A stretch of DNA of 64,000 bases. It comes from Eledone cirrhosa. Taxonomy: Eukaryota. Shown piece after piece: positions 28,802-42,052 of this stretch. Each line of letters begins with the position of its first letter. The first letter of the stretch is position 1. The stretch covers positions 19,654,001 to 19,718,000 of the forward strand of contig OZ024742.1 in NCBI GenBank assembly GCA_964016885.1, read 5' to 3'. The notes beneath the pieces were generated by a model that was not told the DNA's origin, ran no database searches, and worked only from the letters and a program-made list of their open reading frames with translations. The position numbers were made by a program, and so were the translations under genes.

Positions 28802-29398
28802 CTAGCCGAATTACCAGCGCCTTGCTGCGTTTCACACATTCTTTTTTTTTTGTAAGTAATAATGATTGATTTTAAATCAGTGATATAATTTATGGAGTAA
28901 AAATAGAGGGAAAATGTTAAAAAAGTAGAGACATTAACTAATAATTTTTGTTGTCATAATTCTAGTGGTGTTTTACCATAGATAAAATGTCTAAATTAGC
29001 CAAATTTTACTATAAAAGAGAGATGCTTTTTTTGTTGATTTACATTTAATTAATAGAAAAACCCCGTGATAATAGAGGTTCCAATACTGAAGTTATGGGC
29101 TTCCAAAATTTTTAGGCTGTCTTAATATTATTGAAATTTGCTGACATTTTGTGAATAGGCATATCTTGTCATTTACCTATGGTTTAAATTTCATATAAAT
29201 CGAAAGGAAAAGATTTTCAGCGGGGTTTGTCCCCCCCGGGGAACCCTTTGATTAAATTGAAATATACTTATCCAAGTACCCTGGGCAATGTAGTTTCAGA
29301 ATATATATGGTTATGGGGTCTATCTCCAAAACCATAGGAGGAGTTCGTGAACAAACAAACAAACAGACAGACAGGAACTACAACTTTATTATATAAGA
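28802..29398 (-). mobile_element. Non-autonomous Helitron
   Basis: Minus-strand 5' TC with (GTCT/GTTT)n, 3' hairpin and CTAG terminus. Confidence 0.75.
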
Positions 29399-29409
29399 TA
29401 TATATATAT

Positions 29410-29594
29410 ATTTAGGAAAAAGTATGACCCCGACGGCAGAGCTCAAGCCGTTTCGACGGCTATTTCTGGACCGTCGAAACGGCTTGAGCTCTGCCGTCGG
29501 GGTCATACTTGTTTCTATTACCCACCCTACTACCCTAAGTATTGAGTACTCTGGTGCGTTATGGTCCATCTGGTTCCTTACCACAATTCCTTTG

Positions 29595-29597
<3 letters not shown>
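29410..29597. mobile_element. Fold-back PLE-type terminus
   Basis: Palindromic arms 29420-29458 / 29471-29510 containing GAAACGGCTTGAGCTCTGCCGTCGGGGT. Confidence 0.7.
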
Positions 29598-29634
<37 letters not shown>

Positions 29635-29734
29635 TGACTAATATATATATATATCCTGACTATCCAGGAAGCTCCAACCGTTAAGGTTGTCTTTTTTCCG
29701 GGTATGTCAATATTTATTTATAAAACAAATCTGT

Positions 29735-29798
29735 ATTTTATCTGATGAAAGCGCACCATAATTTGCCTTGGTTGCCCTTGAAATATGTATAATAAAAT
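29735..29798 (+). ncRNA. Minimal type I hammerhead in solo PLE remnant
   Basis: attttat-CTGATGA-aagcgcacc...ggttgccctt-GAAA-tatgta-TA-ataaaat. Confidence 0.75.
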
Positions 29799-30044
29799 AA
29801 AGATGGTTTTATAAATATAGTTTCCATTTATTAATATATTGTGTATTTACTCCACTAACTTGTTGAGTGCTTTATATCAGTTATAAAAATGTCTAAGCTT
29901 GTTGAATCCCAACAAATTAAATATAACCTCTGCGTGTATATATATTCCATTCAAAGTTACAGATGTCATCTCTGAGATAATCTCGAACATGCATTTTTAT
30001 TAAGGAATAAATCCGAGCATTTAATCATTACAAAATAGTGAATG

Positions 30045-30137
<93 letters not shown>

Positions 30138-30395
30138 AAGTCAACGGGCTATCTTTGCCACTCAGTCAGGGTTAGATCTAGACCTGGGGGGGGGGGGGGT
30201 CTGAGTTCAAATCCTGCCGAGGTCAACGTTACCTTTTATCCTCCAAGTTCGATAGAATAAAGTACCAGTAAAGTACTGAGGTTGATTTAATCAACTTCCC
30301 TCCTCCCCGAAATTGCTGGCCTTGTACCTAAATTAGAAATTATGATAATATATGTAACACAATTTTTATAGTAGAGAATTTCTCTACCCCTTTGC

Positions 30396-30694
30396 AAGGT
30401 TTAATTTAGACCTTTGGGGGCTCGGGACACTTCAGGTTTGGGGGGACCCTCATACAAAAAATTAGAATACATAACAAACCCTCCCCAATTTTACATATCA
30501 AAGTTAGCTTGGTGCAAGTAATTGGAATTGAAAAGTTATACATACAGGTATTAAATTAAAAATGTCTAACCATCCAAAAAGTAAAAAGCCCAGCTGAGGG
30601 CACTTATAAATTACTACGGCCGTCACTGGTGGAGCCCTCACTTCAGTGGACCCGGGACAATTGCCCCCTTTGCTCCCCATTAAAAATGACCCTG
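30396..30694. mobile_element. MITE-like element (CAGGG-type termini, hAT-like)
   Basis: Shared body with 46893-47393, 54880-55160, 55436-55740 and 60235-60512; termini resemble CAGGGCCGGATTTA / TAAATCCGGCCCTG. Confidence 0.65.
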
Positions 30695-31018
30695 CAATCA
30701 GTGTTACACTAAATCTCCCTTGAGAACTACGTTAATGGTACAGGTATCTGTGGAATGCTCAGCCACTTACACGTTAATTTCATGAGCATACTCTTTCGTC
30801 TCCATGACTACATCATTCAATACGCAATTATTTCTTTAAAAAAGCAGTGTTTGAGTAGAGGTGGGGTTTTTTTTTGGGGGGGGGGGTGGTGGTGAGAGCT
30901 GATGAGGGGCAAGATTGAGTAAACTTGTCTTGTACAACGTCTTTATTTCCTTATTCCAGTCACTTCTATGTCCTCCGCCCACTTCTCCTTGTCCTCCGCC
31001 TCCTCTTTCGGTATTTTC

Positions 31019-34000
31019 TATATTTCATCTGCCTGTCACCCACCTTGTGGATTGTCTCTCTGTTGACCACTGGCCACTGGTCTCTGTCCTCTGGGGCATT
31101 ATATTTCATCTGCCACCCACCTTGTGGATTGTCTCTCTGTTGACCACTGGCCACTGGTCTCTGTCCTCTGAGGCATTATATTTCATCTGCCTGCCACCCA
31201 CCTTGTGGATTGTCTCTCTGTTGACCACTGGCCACTGGTCTCTGTCCTCTGAGACATTATATTTCATCTGCCTGTCACCCACCTTGTGGATTGTCTCTCT
31301 GTTGACCACTGGCCACTGGTCTCTGTCCTCTGAGACATTATATTTCATCTGCCTGCCACCCACCTTGTGGATTGTCTCTCTGTTGACCACTGGCCACTGG
31401 TCACTGTCCTCTGAGGCATTATATTTCATCTGCCACCCACCTTGTGGATTGTCTCTCTGTTGACCACTGGCCACTGGTCTCTGTCCTCTGAGACTTTATA
31501 TTTCATCTGCCTGTCACCCACCTTGTGGATTGTCTCTCTGTTGACCACTGGCCACTGGTCTCTGTCCTCTGAGGCATTATATTTCATCTGCCACCCACCT
31601 TGTGGATTGTCTCTCTGTTGACCACTGGCCACTGGTCTCTGTCTTCTGAGGCATTATATTTCATCTGCCACCCACCTTGTGGATTGTCTCTCTGTTGACC
31701 ACTGGCCACTGGTCTCTGTCCTCTGAGACATTATATTTCATCTGCCACACACCTTGTGGATTGTCTCTCTGTTGACCACTGGCCACTGGTCTCTGTCCTC
31801 TGAGACTTTATATTTCATCTGCCTGTCACCCACCTTGTGGACTGTCTCTCTGTTGACCACTGGCCACTGGTCTCTGTCCTCTGAGACATTATATTTCATC
31901 TGCCTGTCACCCACCTTGTGGATTGTCTCTCTGTTGACCACTGGCCACTGGTCTCTGTCCTCTGAGACATTATATTTCATCTGCCACCCACCTTGTGGAT
32001 TGTCTCTCTGTTGACCACTGGCCACTGGTCTCTGTCCTCTGAGGCATTATATTTCATCTGCCACCCACCTTGTGGATTGTCTCTCTGTTGACCACTGGCC
32101 ACTGGTCTCTGTCCTCTGAGGCATTATATTTCATCTGCCTGCCACCCACCTTGTGGATTGTCTCTCTGTTGACCACTGGCCACTGGTCTCTGTCCTCTGA
32201 GGCATTATATTTCATCTGCCACCCACCTTGTGGATTGTCTCTCTGTTGACCACTGGCCACTGGTCTCTGTCCTCTGAGGCATTATATTTCATCTGCCACC
32301 CACCTTGTGGATTGTCTCTCTGTTGACCACTGGCCACTGGTCTCTGTCCTCTGAGGCATTATATTTCATCTGCCACCCACCTTGTGGATTGTCTCTCTGT
32401 TGACCACTGGCCACTGGTCTCTGTCCTCTGAGACATTATATTTCATCTGCCACCCACCTTGTGGATTGTCTCTCTGTTGACCACTGGCCACTGGTCTCTG
32501 TCCTCTGAGGCATTATATTTCATCTGCCACCCACCTTGTGGATTGTCTCTCTGTTGACCACTGGCCACTGGTCTCTGTCCTCTGAGGCATTATATTTCAT
32601 CTGCCTGCCACCCACCTTGTGGATTGTCTCTCTGTTGACCACTGGCCACTGGTCTCTGTCCTCTGAGGCATTATATTTCATCTGCCTGCCACCCACCTTG
32701 TGGATTATCTCTCTGTTGACCACTGGCCACTGGTCTCTGTCCTCTGAGGCATTATATTTCATCTGCCTGTCACCCACCTTGTGGATTGTCTCTCTGTTGA
32801 CCACTGGCCACTGGTCTCTGTCCTCTGAGGCATTATATTTCATCTGCCTGTCACCCACCTTGTGGATTGTCTCTCTGTTGACCACTGGCCACTGGTCTCT
32901 GTCCTCTGAGGCATTATATTTCATCTGCCTGTCACCCACCTTGTGGATTGTCTCTCTGTTGACCACTGGCCACTGGTCTCTGTCCTCTGAGGCATTATAT
33001 TTCATCTGCCTGTCACCCACCTTGTGGATTGTCTCTCTGTTGACCACTGGCCACTGGTCTCTGTCCTCTGAGGCATTATATTTCATCTGCCTGCCACCCA
33101 CCTTGTGGATTGTCTCTCTGTTGACCACTGGCCACTGGTCTCTGTCCTCTGAGGCATTATATTTCATCTGCCTGCCACCCACCTTGTGGATTATCTCTCT
33201 GTTGACCACTGGCCACTGGTCTCTGTCCTCTGAGGCATTATATTTCATCTGCCTGTCACCCACCTTGTGGATTGTCTCTCTGTTGACCACTGGCCACTGG
33301 TCTCTGTCCTCTGAGGCATTATATTTCATCTGCCTGTCACCCACCTTGTGGATTGTCTCTCTGTTGACCACTGGCCACTGGTCTCTGTCCTCTGAGGCAT
33401 TATATTTCATCTGCCTGTCACCCACCTTGTGGATTGTCTCTCTGTTGACCACTGGCCACTGGTCTCTGTCCTCTGAGGCATTATATTTCATCTGCCTGTC
33501 ACCCACCTTGTGGATTGTCTCTCTGTTGACCACTGGCCACTGGTCTCTGTCCTCTGAGGCATTATATTTCATCTGCCTGTCACCCACCTTGTGGATTGTC
33601 TCTCTGTTGACCACTGGCCACTGGTCTCTGTCCTCTGAGGCATTATATTTCATCTGCCTGTCACCCACCTTGTGGATTGTCTCTCTGTTGACCACTGGCC
33701 ACTGGTCTCTGTCCTCTGAGGCATTATATTTCATCTGCCTGCCACCCACCTTGTGGATTGTCTCTCTGTTGACCACTGGCCACTGGTCTCTGTCCTCTGA
33801 GGCATTATATTTCATCTGCCTGCCACCCACCTTGTGGATTATCTCTCTGTTGACCACTGGCCACTGGTCTCTGTCCTCTGAGGCATTATATTTCATCTGC
33901 CTGTCACCCACCTTGTGGATTGTCTCTCTGTTGACCACTGGCCACTGGTCTCTGTCCTCTGAGGCATTATATTTCATCTGCCTGTCACCCACCTTGTGGA

Positions 34001-36498
34001 TTGTCTCTCTGTTGACCACTGGCCACTGGTCTCTGTCCTCTGAGGCATTATATTTCATCTGCCTGTCACCCACCTTGTGGATTGTCTCTCTGTTGACCAC
34101 TGGCCACTGGTCTCTGTCCTCTGAGGCATTATATTTCATCTGCCTGTCACCCACCTTGTGGATTGTCTCTCTGTTGACCACTGGCCACTGGTCTCTGTCC
34201 TCTGAGGCATTATATTTCATCTGCCTGCCACCCACCTTGTGGATTGTCTCTCTGTTGACCACTGGCCACTGGTCTCTGTCCTCTGAGGCATTATATTTCA
34301 TCTGCCTGCCACCCACCTTGTGGATTATCTCTCTGTTGACCACTGGCCACTGGTCTCTGTCCTCTGAGGCATTATATTTCATCTGCCTGCCACCCACCTT
34401 GTGGATTGTCTCTCTGTTGACCACTGGCCACTGGTCTCTGTCCTCTGAGACATTATATTTCATCTGCCACCCACCTTGTGGATTGTCTCTCTGTTGACCA
34501 CTGGCCACTGGTCTCTGTCCTCTGAGGCATTATATTTCATCTGCCACCCACCTTGTGGATTGTCTCTCTGTTGACCACTGGCCACTGGTCTCTGTCCTCT
34601 GAGACATTATATTTCATCTGCCACCCACCTTGTGGATTGTCTCTCTGTTGACCACTGGCCACTGGTCTCTGTCCTCTGAGACATTATATTTCATCTGCCA
34701 CCCACCTTGTGGATTGTCTCTCTGTTGACCACTGGCCACTGGTCACTGTCCTCTGAGGCATTATATTTCATCTGCCACCCACCTTGTGGATTGTCTCTCT
34801 GTTGACCACTGGCCACTGGTCTCTGTCCTCTGAGACATTATATTTCATCTGCCACCCACCTTGTGGATTGTCTCTCTGTTGACCACTGGCCACTGGTCTC
34901 TGTCCTCTGAGACATTATATTTCATCTGCCACCCACCTTGTGGATTGTCTCTCTGTTGACCACTGGCCACTGGTCACTGTCCTCTGAGGCATTATATTTC
35001 ATCTGCCACCCACCTTGTGGATTGTCTCTCTGTTGACCACTGGCCACTGGTCTCTGTCCTCTGAGACATTATATTTCATCTGCCACCCACCTTGTGGATT
35101 GTCTCTCTGTTGACCACTGGCCACTGGTCTCTGTCCTCTGAGGCATTATATTTCATCTGCCTGCCACCCACCTTGTGGATTATCTCTCTGTTGACCACTG
35201 GCCACTGGTCTCTGTCCTCTGAGGCATTATATTTCATCTGCCTGCCACCCACCTTGTGGATTGTCTCTCTGTTGACCACTGGCCACTGGTCTCTGTCCTC
35301 TGAGACATTATATTTCATCTGCCACCCACCTTGTGGATTGTCTCTCTGTTGACCACTGGCCACTGGTCTCTGTCCTCTGAGGCATTATATTTCATCTGCC
35401 ACCCACCTTGTGGATTGTCTCTCTGTTGACCACTGGCCACTGGTCTCTGTCCTCTGAGGCATTATATTTCATCTACCGCCACCTTGTGGATTGTCTCTCT
35501 GTTGACCACTGGCCACTGGTCTCTGTCCTCTGAGGCATTATATTTCATCTGCCACCCACCTTGTGGATTGTCTCTCTGTTGACCACTGGCCACTGGTCTC
35601 TGTCCTCTGAGGCATTATATTTCATCTGCCACCCACCTTGTGGATTGTCTCTCTGTTGACCACTGGCCACTGGTCTCTGTCCTCTGAGGCATTATATTTC
35701 ATCTGCCACCCACCTTGTGGATTGTCTCTCTGTTGACCACTGGCCACTGGTATCTGTCCTCTGAGGCATTATATTTCATCTGCCGCCCACCTTGTGGATT
35801 GTCTCTCTGTTGACCACTGGCCACTGGTCTCTGTCCTCTGAGGCATTATATTTCATCTGCCACCCACCTTGTGGATTGTCTCTCTGTTGACCACTGGCCA
35901 CTGGTCTCTGTCCTCTGAGGCATTATATTTCATCTGCCACCCACCTTGTGGATTGTCTCTCTGTTGACCACTGGCCACTGGTATCTGTCCTCTGAGGCAT
36001 TATATTTCATCTGCCACCCACCTTGTGGATTGTCTCTCTGTTGACCACTGGCCACTGGTCTCTGTCCTCTGAGGCATTATATTTCATCTGCCACCCACCT
36101 TGTGGATTGTCTCTCTGTTGACCACTGGCCACTGGTCTCTGTCCTCTGAGGCATTATATTTCATCTGCCACCCACCTTGTGGATTGTCTCTCTGTTGACC
36201 ACTGGCCACTGGTCTCTGTCCTCTGAGACATTATATTTCATCTGCCACCCACCTTGTGGATTGTCTCTCTGTTGACCACTGGCCACTGGTCTCTGTCCTC
36301 TGAGGCATTATATTTCATCTGCCACCCACCTTGTGGATTGTCTCTCTGTTGACCACTGGCCACTGGTATCTGTCCTCTGAGGCATTATATTTCATCTGCC
36401 TGCCACCCACCTTGTGGATTGTCTCTCTGTTGACCACTGGCCACTGGTATCTGTCCTCTGAGGCATTATATTTCATCTGCCACCCACCTTGTGGATTG
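31019..36498. repeat. Tandem satellite/minisatellite of 81-bp and 77-bp units, about 69 copies
   Basis: Unit TTTCATCTG(CCTG)YCACCCACCTTGTGGATTGTCTCTCTGTTGACCACTGGCCACTGGTCTCTGTCCTCTGAGRCATTATA. Confidence 0.98.
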
Positions 36499-36755
36499 GC
36501 CGAGGAAGCTTTACCCATCGCTGTCTTTGACAGCATTTGGCTGTTTTAACGGCTGTTCTAGCAATGAATTTTCTCATTTTTACATAAATATACACATATA
36601 ACAAAGAAGCTGTGGCAAGAAACCAGTTGGACCACAATGCACCGGAGTAGTCGATACTTAGGGTAGTAGAGTGGGTAATAGATCCGTTCGGATCTAGCTG
36701 TCGAAACGGTCGGAGCTCAGGCGTCGGGGTCATGACTATTTTCCTATATATATAT

Positions 36756-37021
36756 AACAAAATTTAATATAGAAATAGCTTCTACAGGACTAGAACTATT
36801 TCATTCGAAGGAAATCATCAAGAAAGCTGACTTGCGTTGTGATGCAAGTAAATATATACATAACACCGCATTACAACGTAAGTCAGCTTTCCTGATGATT
36901 TCCTTCGAATGAAACAGTTCTAGTCCCGTAGAAGCCATTTCTATATTAAATTTTGTTGCATACACTCTACTAATTTATTGAGTACCTTACTTACTGCGGT
37001 TACGCCCGATTGAATCTGGGA

Positions 37022-37025
<4 letters not shown>
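36756..37025 (+). mobile_element. Fold-back PLE-type remnant with hammerhead core
   Basis: ~90-bp inverted arms 36756-36845 / 36868-36957; CTGATGA-tttccttcgaat-GAAA at about 36892-36914; related remnant at 16005-16150. Confidence 0.65.
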
Positions 37026-37098
<73 letters not shown>

Positions 37099-37348
37099 AG
37101 ATTCAGGACCATATATATATATATGTATTATATTCATCACCGTTTAACGTCTATTTTTCATGCTTGCATAGATTAACGGGTTGAGGACGCTATGAGGTCA
37201 GACAGGTCAGGTGACTATATCTTGCTCAAGTGCTCCGTTTTTAGTTGGTTTTCTACGGCTGAATGCCCTCCCTATTGCCGTGGCAATAGGAAGGGCATTC
37301 CTTCCCTTTGACGTGGCAAAAATACGATCACCTTCCTATATATATATA

Positions 37349-37976
37349 CTAGCAGAATGGCCCGGCATTGCTCGGGATTTGCTCTAGGGTTCTTATATAT
37401 TTGATATATATTTATCCTTATCGAGCCTCGTGAAATAAATACGTTTGTTTATATTTTGTTATTGTGTATGCAAAAATATCTGTACACGAATATATAATTA
37501 TATATATATATTAAAATGACATATTAAAGTTTAAGCAAAGAATCGCTGCTTTCACCCTTAACGGGATCTTCTGAAACTAAAATATCAATCTGTGAACGCA
37601 GAAGTAAATATTTCGAAAAACGTTACACACTATATATATATATGTATATATATACACACTATATATACATATATATACACACACACAGCTTCATAATGTC
37701 GTAATGCAGACAGCCAGACATTCAGACAGATTATAAGGCCGCAACGTTTTGTCTATGTATCTATCTAAAAAGAAAAACTAAGAATTATAGAGAGAGATCG
37801 CTAAATCGCCTAATGCTACTAGAGCATTGAAAATTTGAAATACTTTTTGCTCAAAAAACTCACAGGACCATAAGAATTACATGTGTAAAGTTTGAAAACA
37901 ATCGGTTGGGTGGTTCTCGAGTTTTAGGGAGTCAGACAGACAGACAGACATACATTCTTTGTTTTAGATATATAGA
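37349..37976 (-). mobile_element. Non-autonomous Helitron (same termini as 15073 copy)
   Basis: Both termini match the reverse complement of the 15073-15935 termini; interior differs. Confidence 0.85.
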
Positions 37977-38740
37977 TAAGTACAAGTTTGTAAGTAAAAT
38001 ATAGTTTTTAGTCTGTATAAGCATTAAGCTGGCTATAGTATAGTACGATTTAAAATTTATGATTTTGAACTATATTTATATATTCTTTATCGCCCACTTA
38101 TTCCTGAGAAGGTCGTGGGGTAAGTGTTTTCAAACACTCTTTCCAGCGGGTCCTGTCATAAGCAACCGTTTCCAACTAATTCGGTTGGATCCTCAAGCTC
38201 TACCAGCCAAGCTCATGGATATAATCCAACTATTTTGCTCGGGTTGTGCCCCCGGGGCTCCTGTTGAATGGTTTTGCCTGTAAAATCTGACCAGCGATAT
38301 ATATATCTATATATAATATAGCAGATGTGTTAAAAACCCCTTTAAGTTTGTATCTGTTTTGTAATTTCTATAATTCTTTTCTATTCTCAACTTATTAACC
38401 TGTAATTGTAAGATAGCATTGTGATTTCTTTATTCATTTCTCACTATCTAATTTTATATATATTTTTATTTTTTATTTCTTTCTAGTATCTTTTATTATC
38501 TCCTACTCTCTTTCGATTTACCTATTCTATAACCTCCCTCCCCCACTTCATACACTATCCTTAGAATCTGATGTATACATATCACTTTCAACGCTTAACG
38601 GCTCGACTCACTCCCCTATTGTTATACAGGCAAGTTCAGCCACCCCTACTTCCCACCAAATGCCATGATAGACTTATTTGTGTTTACAACAAATTTTAAC
38701 CAATCCTATTGACAACTGCAATCTTCCCATATAAGGAAGT

Positions 38741-38837
38741 ACCCCCTTGAAAAGTTCGGCTATTTATTCACCAGGCTAAAAATTCTAATTTAGTCCAGAA
38801 ATAGTCCTCGAAACGGCTTGAGCTCTGCCGTCGGGGT
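38741..38837 (+). ncRNA. Type I hammerhead with full stem III and GUC site, degenerate CUGA box, at end of solo pLTR (about 38320-38850)
   Basis: acccc-(c)TTGAAAA-long stem II-GAAA-cggc-ttgagctct-gccg-TC-ggggt. Confidence 0.6.
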
Positions 38838-38846
38838 CATACTTTT

Positions 38847-38891
<45 letters not shown>

Positions 38892-38936
38892 AAGTTAAAT
38901 AAAAAGTCAAATGTTTAAAATTTAGCTTCGTTTATT

Positions 38937-38991
38937 ACTGCTATATATATTTCAGTGACAGCCATCTTTGGCTGTGACCTCTTCAGGCAGT
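38937..38991 (-). ncRNA. Minimal type I hammerhead in inverted pLTR
   Basis: Reverse complement of 41719-41773. Confidence 0.85.
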
Positions 38992-41718
38992 CCGAATTAG
39001 TGTGGTATAGACAAGTACATATGTTGTTGAGGTGTATAATTTTGTCAATACTCTGATATGCCCAGTTCCTGGTTGGGTTGTTATTTCACTGAGGAACTGG
39101 AATCATATGAATTCAAACAAACGAATTTCAGTGTCAAAGGGCCTCTTCTACTCTCATTGGTCAGTTGTTAGAACATTCCTCATTCTAAGTGTTGTTATTG
39201 TTGGAGTTAGCTTAAAAAATTGATAAAGTGGTAGAAGGAACAAGGTGGTAAAGGAACAAAATAACAAAAAAAAAGTGTCAAACTTCCCATTGGTCAGTTT
39301 TGAGAGCATTCCTCAGTCAGAAGTCTATAGAATTCTTTCTGGGGTGAGGCTCCCTGTAGTGTTTGTGCTTGCTATTGTTAAGTACATTTGACCTCTACCA
39401 TAATTTCGGTCGTGTTGTTGGTTTTGTGGTCATCTTATGTCTTGCTGCTGCTGACAATTTAGAAGTATCTGTGTGTGTTTTTTCTTCATCCCTCCTGCCA
39501 CCATCTCTCATAGTGGTGGTGGTGGTGATGGTGGGAGGGGGGGGGGGGGGGGGGGGCAACCAGGTCCGTTACCTGTGCTGAGTCGCTGGAGCCCATCGTG
39601 GTGTCAAAGTTATTTGGGCCGTGAAGATAACAAAAAGCATAGCGCCCAAAGGGAAAGCAACAGTGCGGCAACCACCAGCAACCCAACAAATCTCCAACAA
39701 ATCACGACGCCCCCGACCCACACATATAGGAGACACCGAAAAATCACGTGGTACAACCCACCCTACTCAGCGGCCCTAAAAAACAGTTTGGCCCGATCAT
39801 TCTTTGGAGCACTTGATAAATGCTTCCCGAGGGACCATAGATACCACAGGATCTTCAACAGACACACTGTGAAGCTCTCGTATTCCACCACGAGAAATCT
39901 GGCCCAACACATAGCTAGCATCAACAGGAGTAGGCTTAAAAACCACACACAACCAGAAGATGGCAATACAAGCACTCAGCAGAACCATGTGAAAGGAGGG
40001 AAGGGGGGACCCAGAGCCCACCCAAGAAACCCAAACAGACCCGGGGACCCCCCCCACCGTGCCTGGGGGAAGACCAACATATAACACATAACGGGAACCC
40101 TAATCTAGGCACGCAGAGGTCGACCACCCTCTGCAACTGTAGAAACCCCGAATCATGCCCCTTGATAATGAATGCCTTAAGAAGAACCTAGTATACGGTT
40201 GTAGGGTTAAAACCCCCAACTCCGAACACCTCTACATAGGAGCCACATCAACGAGCTTTAAGGACCGCTGGTACAACCATCGCCATTCATTCAATAAGGA
40301 GGCCAAAAGGAAAAGCACGGCTCTCTCTGACCTGATCTGGAAGCTTAAGCTGGACAGGACCCCGTACTCTCTGGCCTGGTAGATAATCAGGAAAGTACCA
40401 CCCGATAAAGGGGGATCTTGCATATGCAAACTATGCCTGAACGAGACCCTCGAGATACTAAGAGGTGGAAGCGGCCTGATAAACCTCAGAACCAACTTCT
40501 TCGGGACATGCAGACACCTTAGAGCTGGGACCTTCCTCAAGTAGCAACACAAGAAGATGAGAACTCCCCTCAAGCTATAGGGACTTCTACAGAACATGTA
40601 AACACCTCTCGGCCAGACCTCTCTCAAGTTATATGGGCAGTAACAACACCCTGGGTCGTGAACTCCCCTCAAGCCATAGGGAACAACCCAGGCTGAGCAG
40701 ACACCATGATAGCCTAGAGATTGAATCGGACACAGCCATTATAATTTGGCCAACATCTATATAACACAAACACATTTTAATTTACTTGATTTCTGATTTT
40801 CAAGTTCCAATTTTAAATCTTGATTTCTCTTTATTAATTTGTTATTTGTTTTCTGCTCTCTTCACTGTATCACCTTATATTTATTTTTAAGTTGAGATTG
40901 ATTATAACACAAACACATTTTGTTTGATTATCTTATTTTAACATCTTGTCCCTCATACCAATCTATCCAACATATTTCTGACCTAGAGATTGGTTATAGC
41001 ACACACACACTTTATCCTACTTTATTTGAATCCTCATTTTATTTTTCACTTCTCCATATTCATTTTCATTACTTTTTCACCAATTTTTCATTCATTCTTT
41101 ATTCTTTATTCTCTATTTATTATTTGTTTTCTGTTTTCTTCATTTATTGCCTTATATTTCTTCATATACATGGAAGAACCCCCCTCCCACCATCACCACC
41201 ACCACCACCACTATGAGAGATGGTCGCAGGAGGGATGAAGAAAACACACACACAGATACTTCTAAATTGTCAGCAGCAGCAAGACATAAGCTGACCACAA
41301 CACCAACAACACTACCAAAATTATGGTAAAGTAACAATAGCAAACACAAACACTACAGGGAGCCTCACCCCAGAAAGAATTTCTATAGACTTCTGACTGA
41401 GGAATGCTCTCAAAACTGACCAATGGGAAGTTTGACATTTTTTTGTTATTTTGTTCCTTTACCACCGTATTCCTTCTACCACTTTATCAATTTTTTAAGG
41501 TAACTCCAACAATAACAACACTTAGAATGAGGAATGTTCTAACAACTGACCAATGAGAGTAGAAGAGGCCCTTTGACACTGAAATTCGTTTGTTTGAATT
41601 CATATGATTCCAGTTCCTCAGTGAAATAACAACCCAACAAGGAACTGGGCATATCAGAGTATTGACAAAATTATACACCTCAACAACATATGTACTTGTC
41701 TATACCACACTAATACGG

Positions 41719-41773
41719 ACTGCCTGAAGAGGTCACAGCCAAAGATGGCTGTCACTGAAATATATATAGCAGT
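41719..41773 (+). ncRNA. Minimal type I hammerhead in pLTR
   Basis: actgc-CTGAAGA-ggtcacagccaaagatggctgtcact-GAAA-tatata-TA-gcagt. Confidence 0.88.
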
Positions 41774-41819
41774 AATAAACGAAGCTAAATTTTAAATATT
41801 TGACTTATTTATTTTAGTT

Positions 41820-41885
<66 letters not shown>

Positions 41886-42052
41886 TGGCATAGAACAAAA
41901 TACCTGTTGAAGTGACAACCTTGTTCGATCATTATACCAAAAGCTTATTATTTAAGCAGGCAATATAATTGATTTAGGTGTCGCAGAAACCCTTTACTGG
42001 ATTATACCATCTTTTGCGAAGGTCCGGCTAAATATTCAATTATTTTGTATGA

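Larger units (their letters stand above)
38890..41826 (+). mobile_element. 5'-truncated Penelope-like element (Naiad-type) with inverted pseudo-LTR
   Basis: KITWYNPPYS, CNCRNPESCPLDNEC, LVYGC...LYIG...RWYNH (GIY-YIG), CICKLCLNE over 39620-40543; ~650-bp inverted arms 38890-39540 / 41180-41826. Confidence 0.93.

Noticed and set aside
32520-34508. 653-aa and 662-aa ORFs as genuine standalone CDS
   Set aside because: Explained by a stop-free 81-bp unit; starts and stops fall at 77-bp variant units
31019-36498. Array as a CRISPR or CRISPR-like locus
   Set aside because: No unique spacers; the whole unit repeats; eukaryotic context with no cas genes
31019-36498. Satellite unit as a tandem hammerhead (retrozyme); minus strand has CAGAGGA...GAAATATA
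   Set aside because: Core is not CUGANGA and no stem I can be formed
40130-40545. Selenocysteine recoding as reported for some Naiad PLEs
   Set aside because: Cys positions use TGC/TGT; the visible lesions are a frameshift and a TAG stop, not TGA
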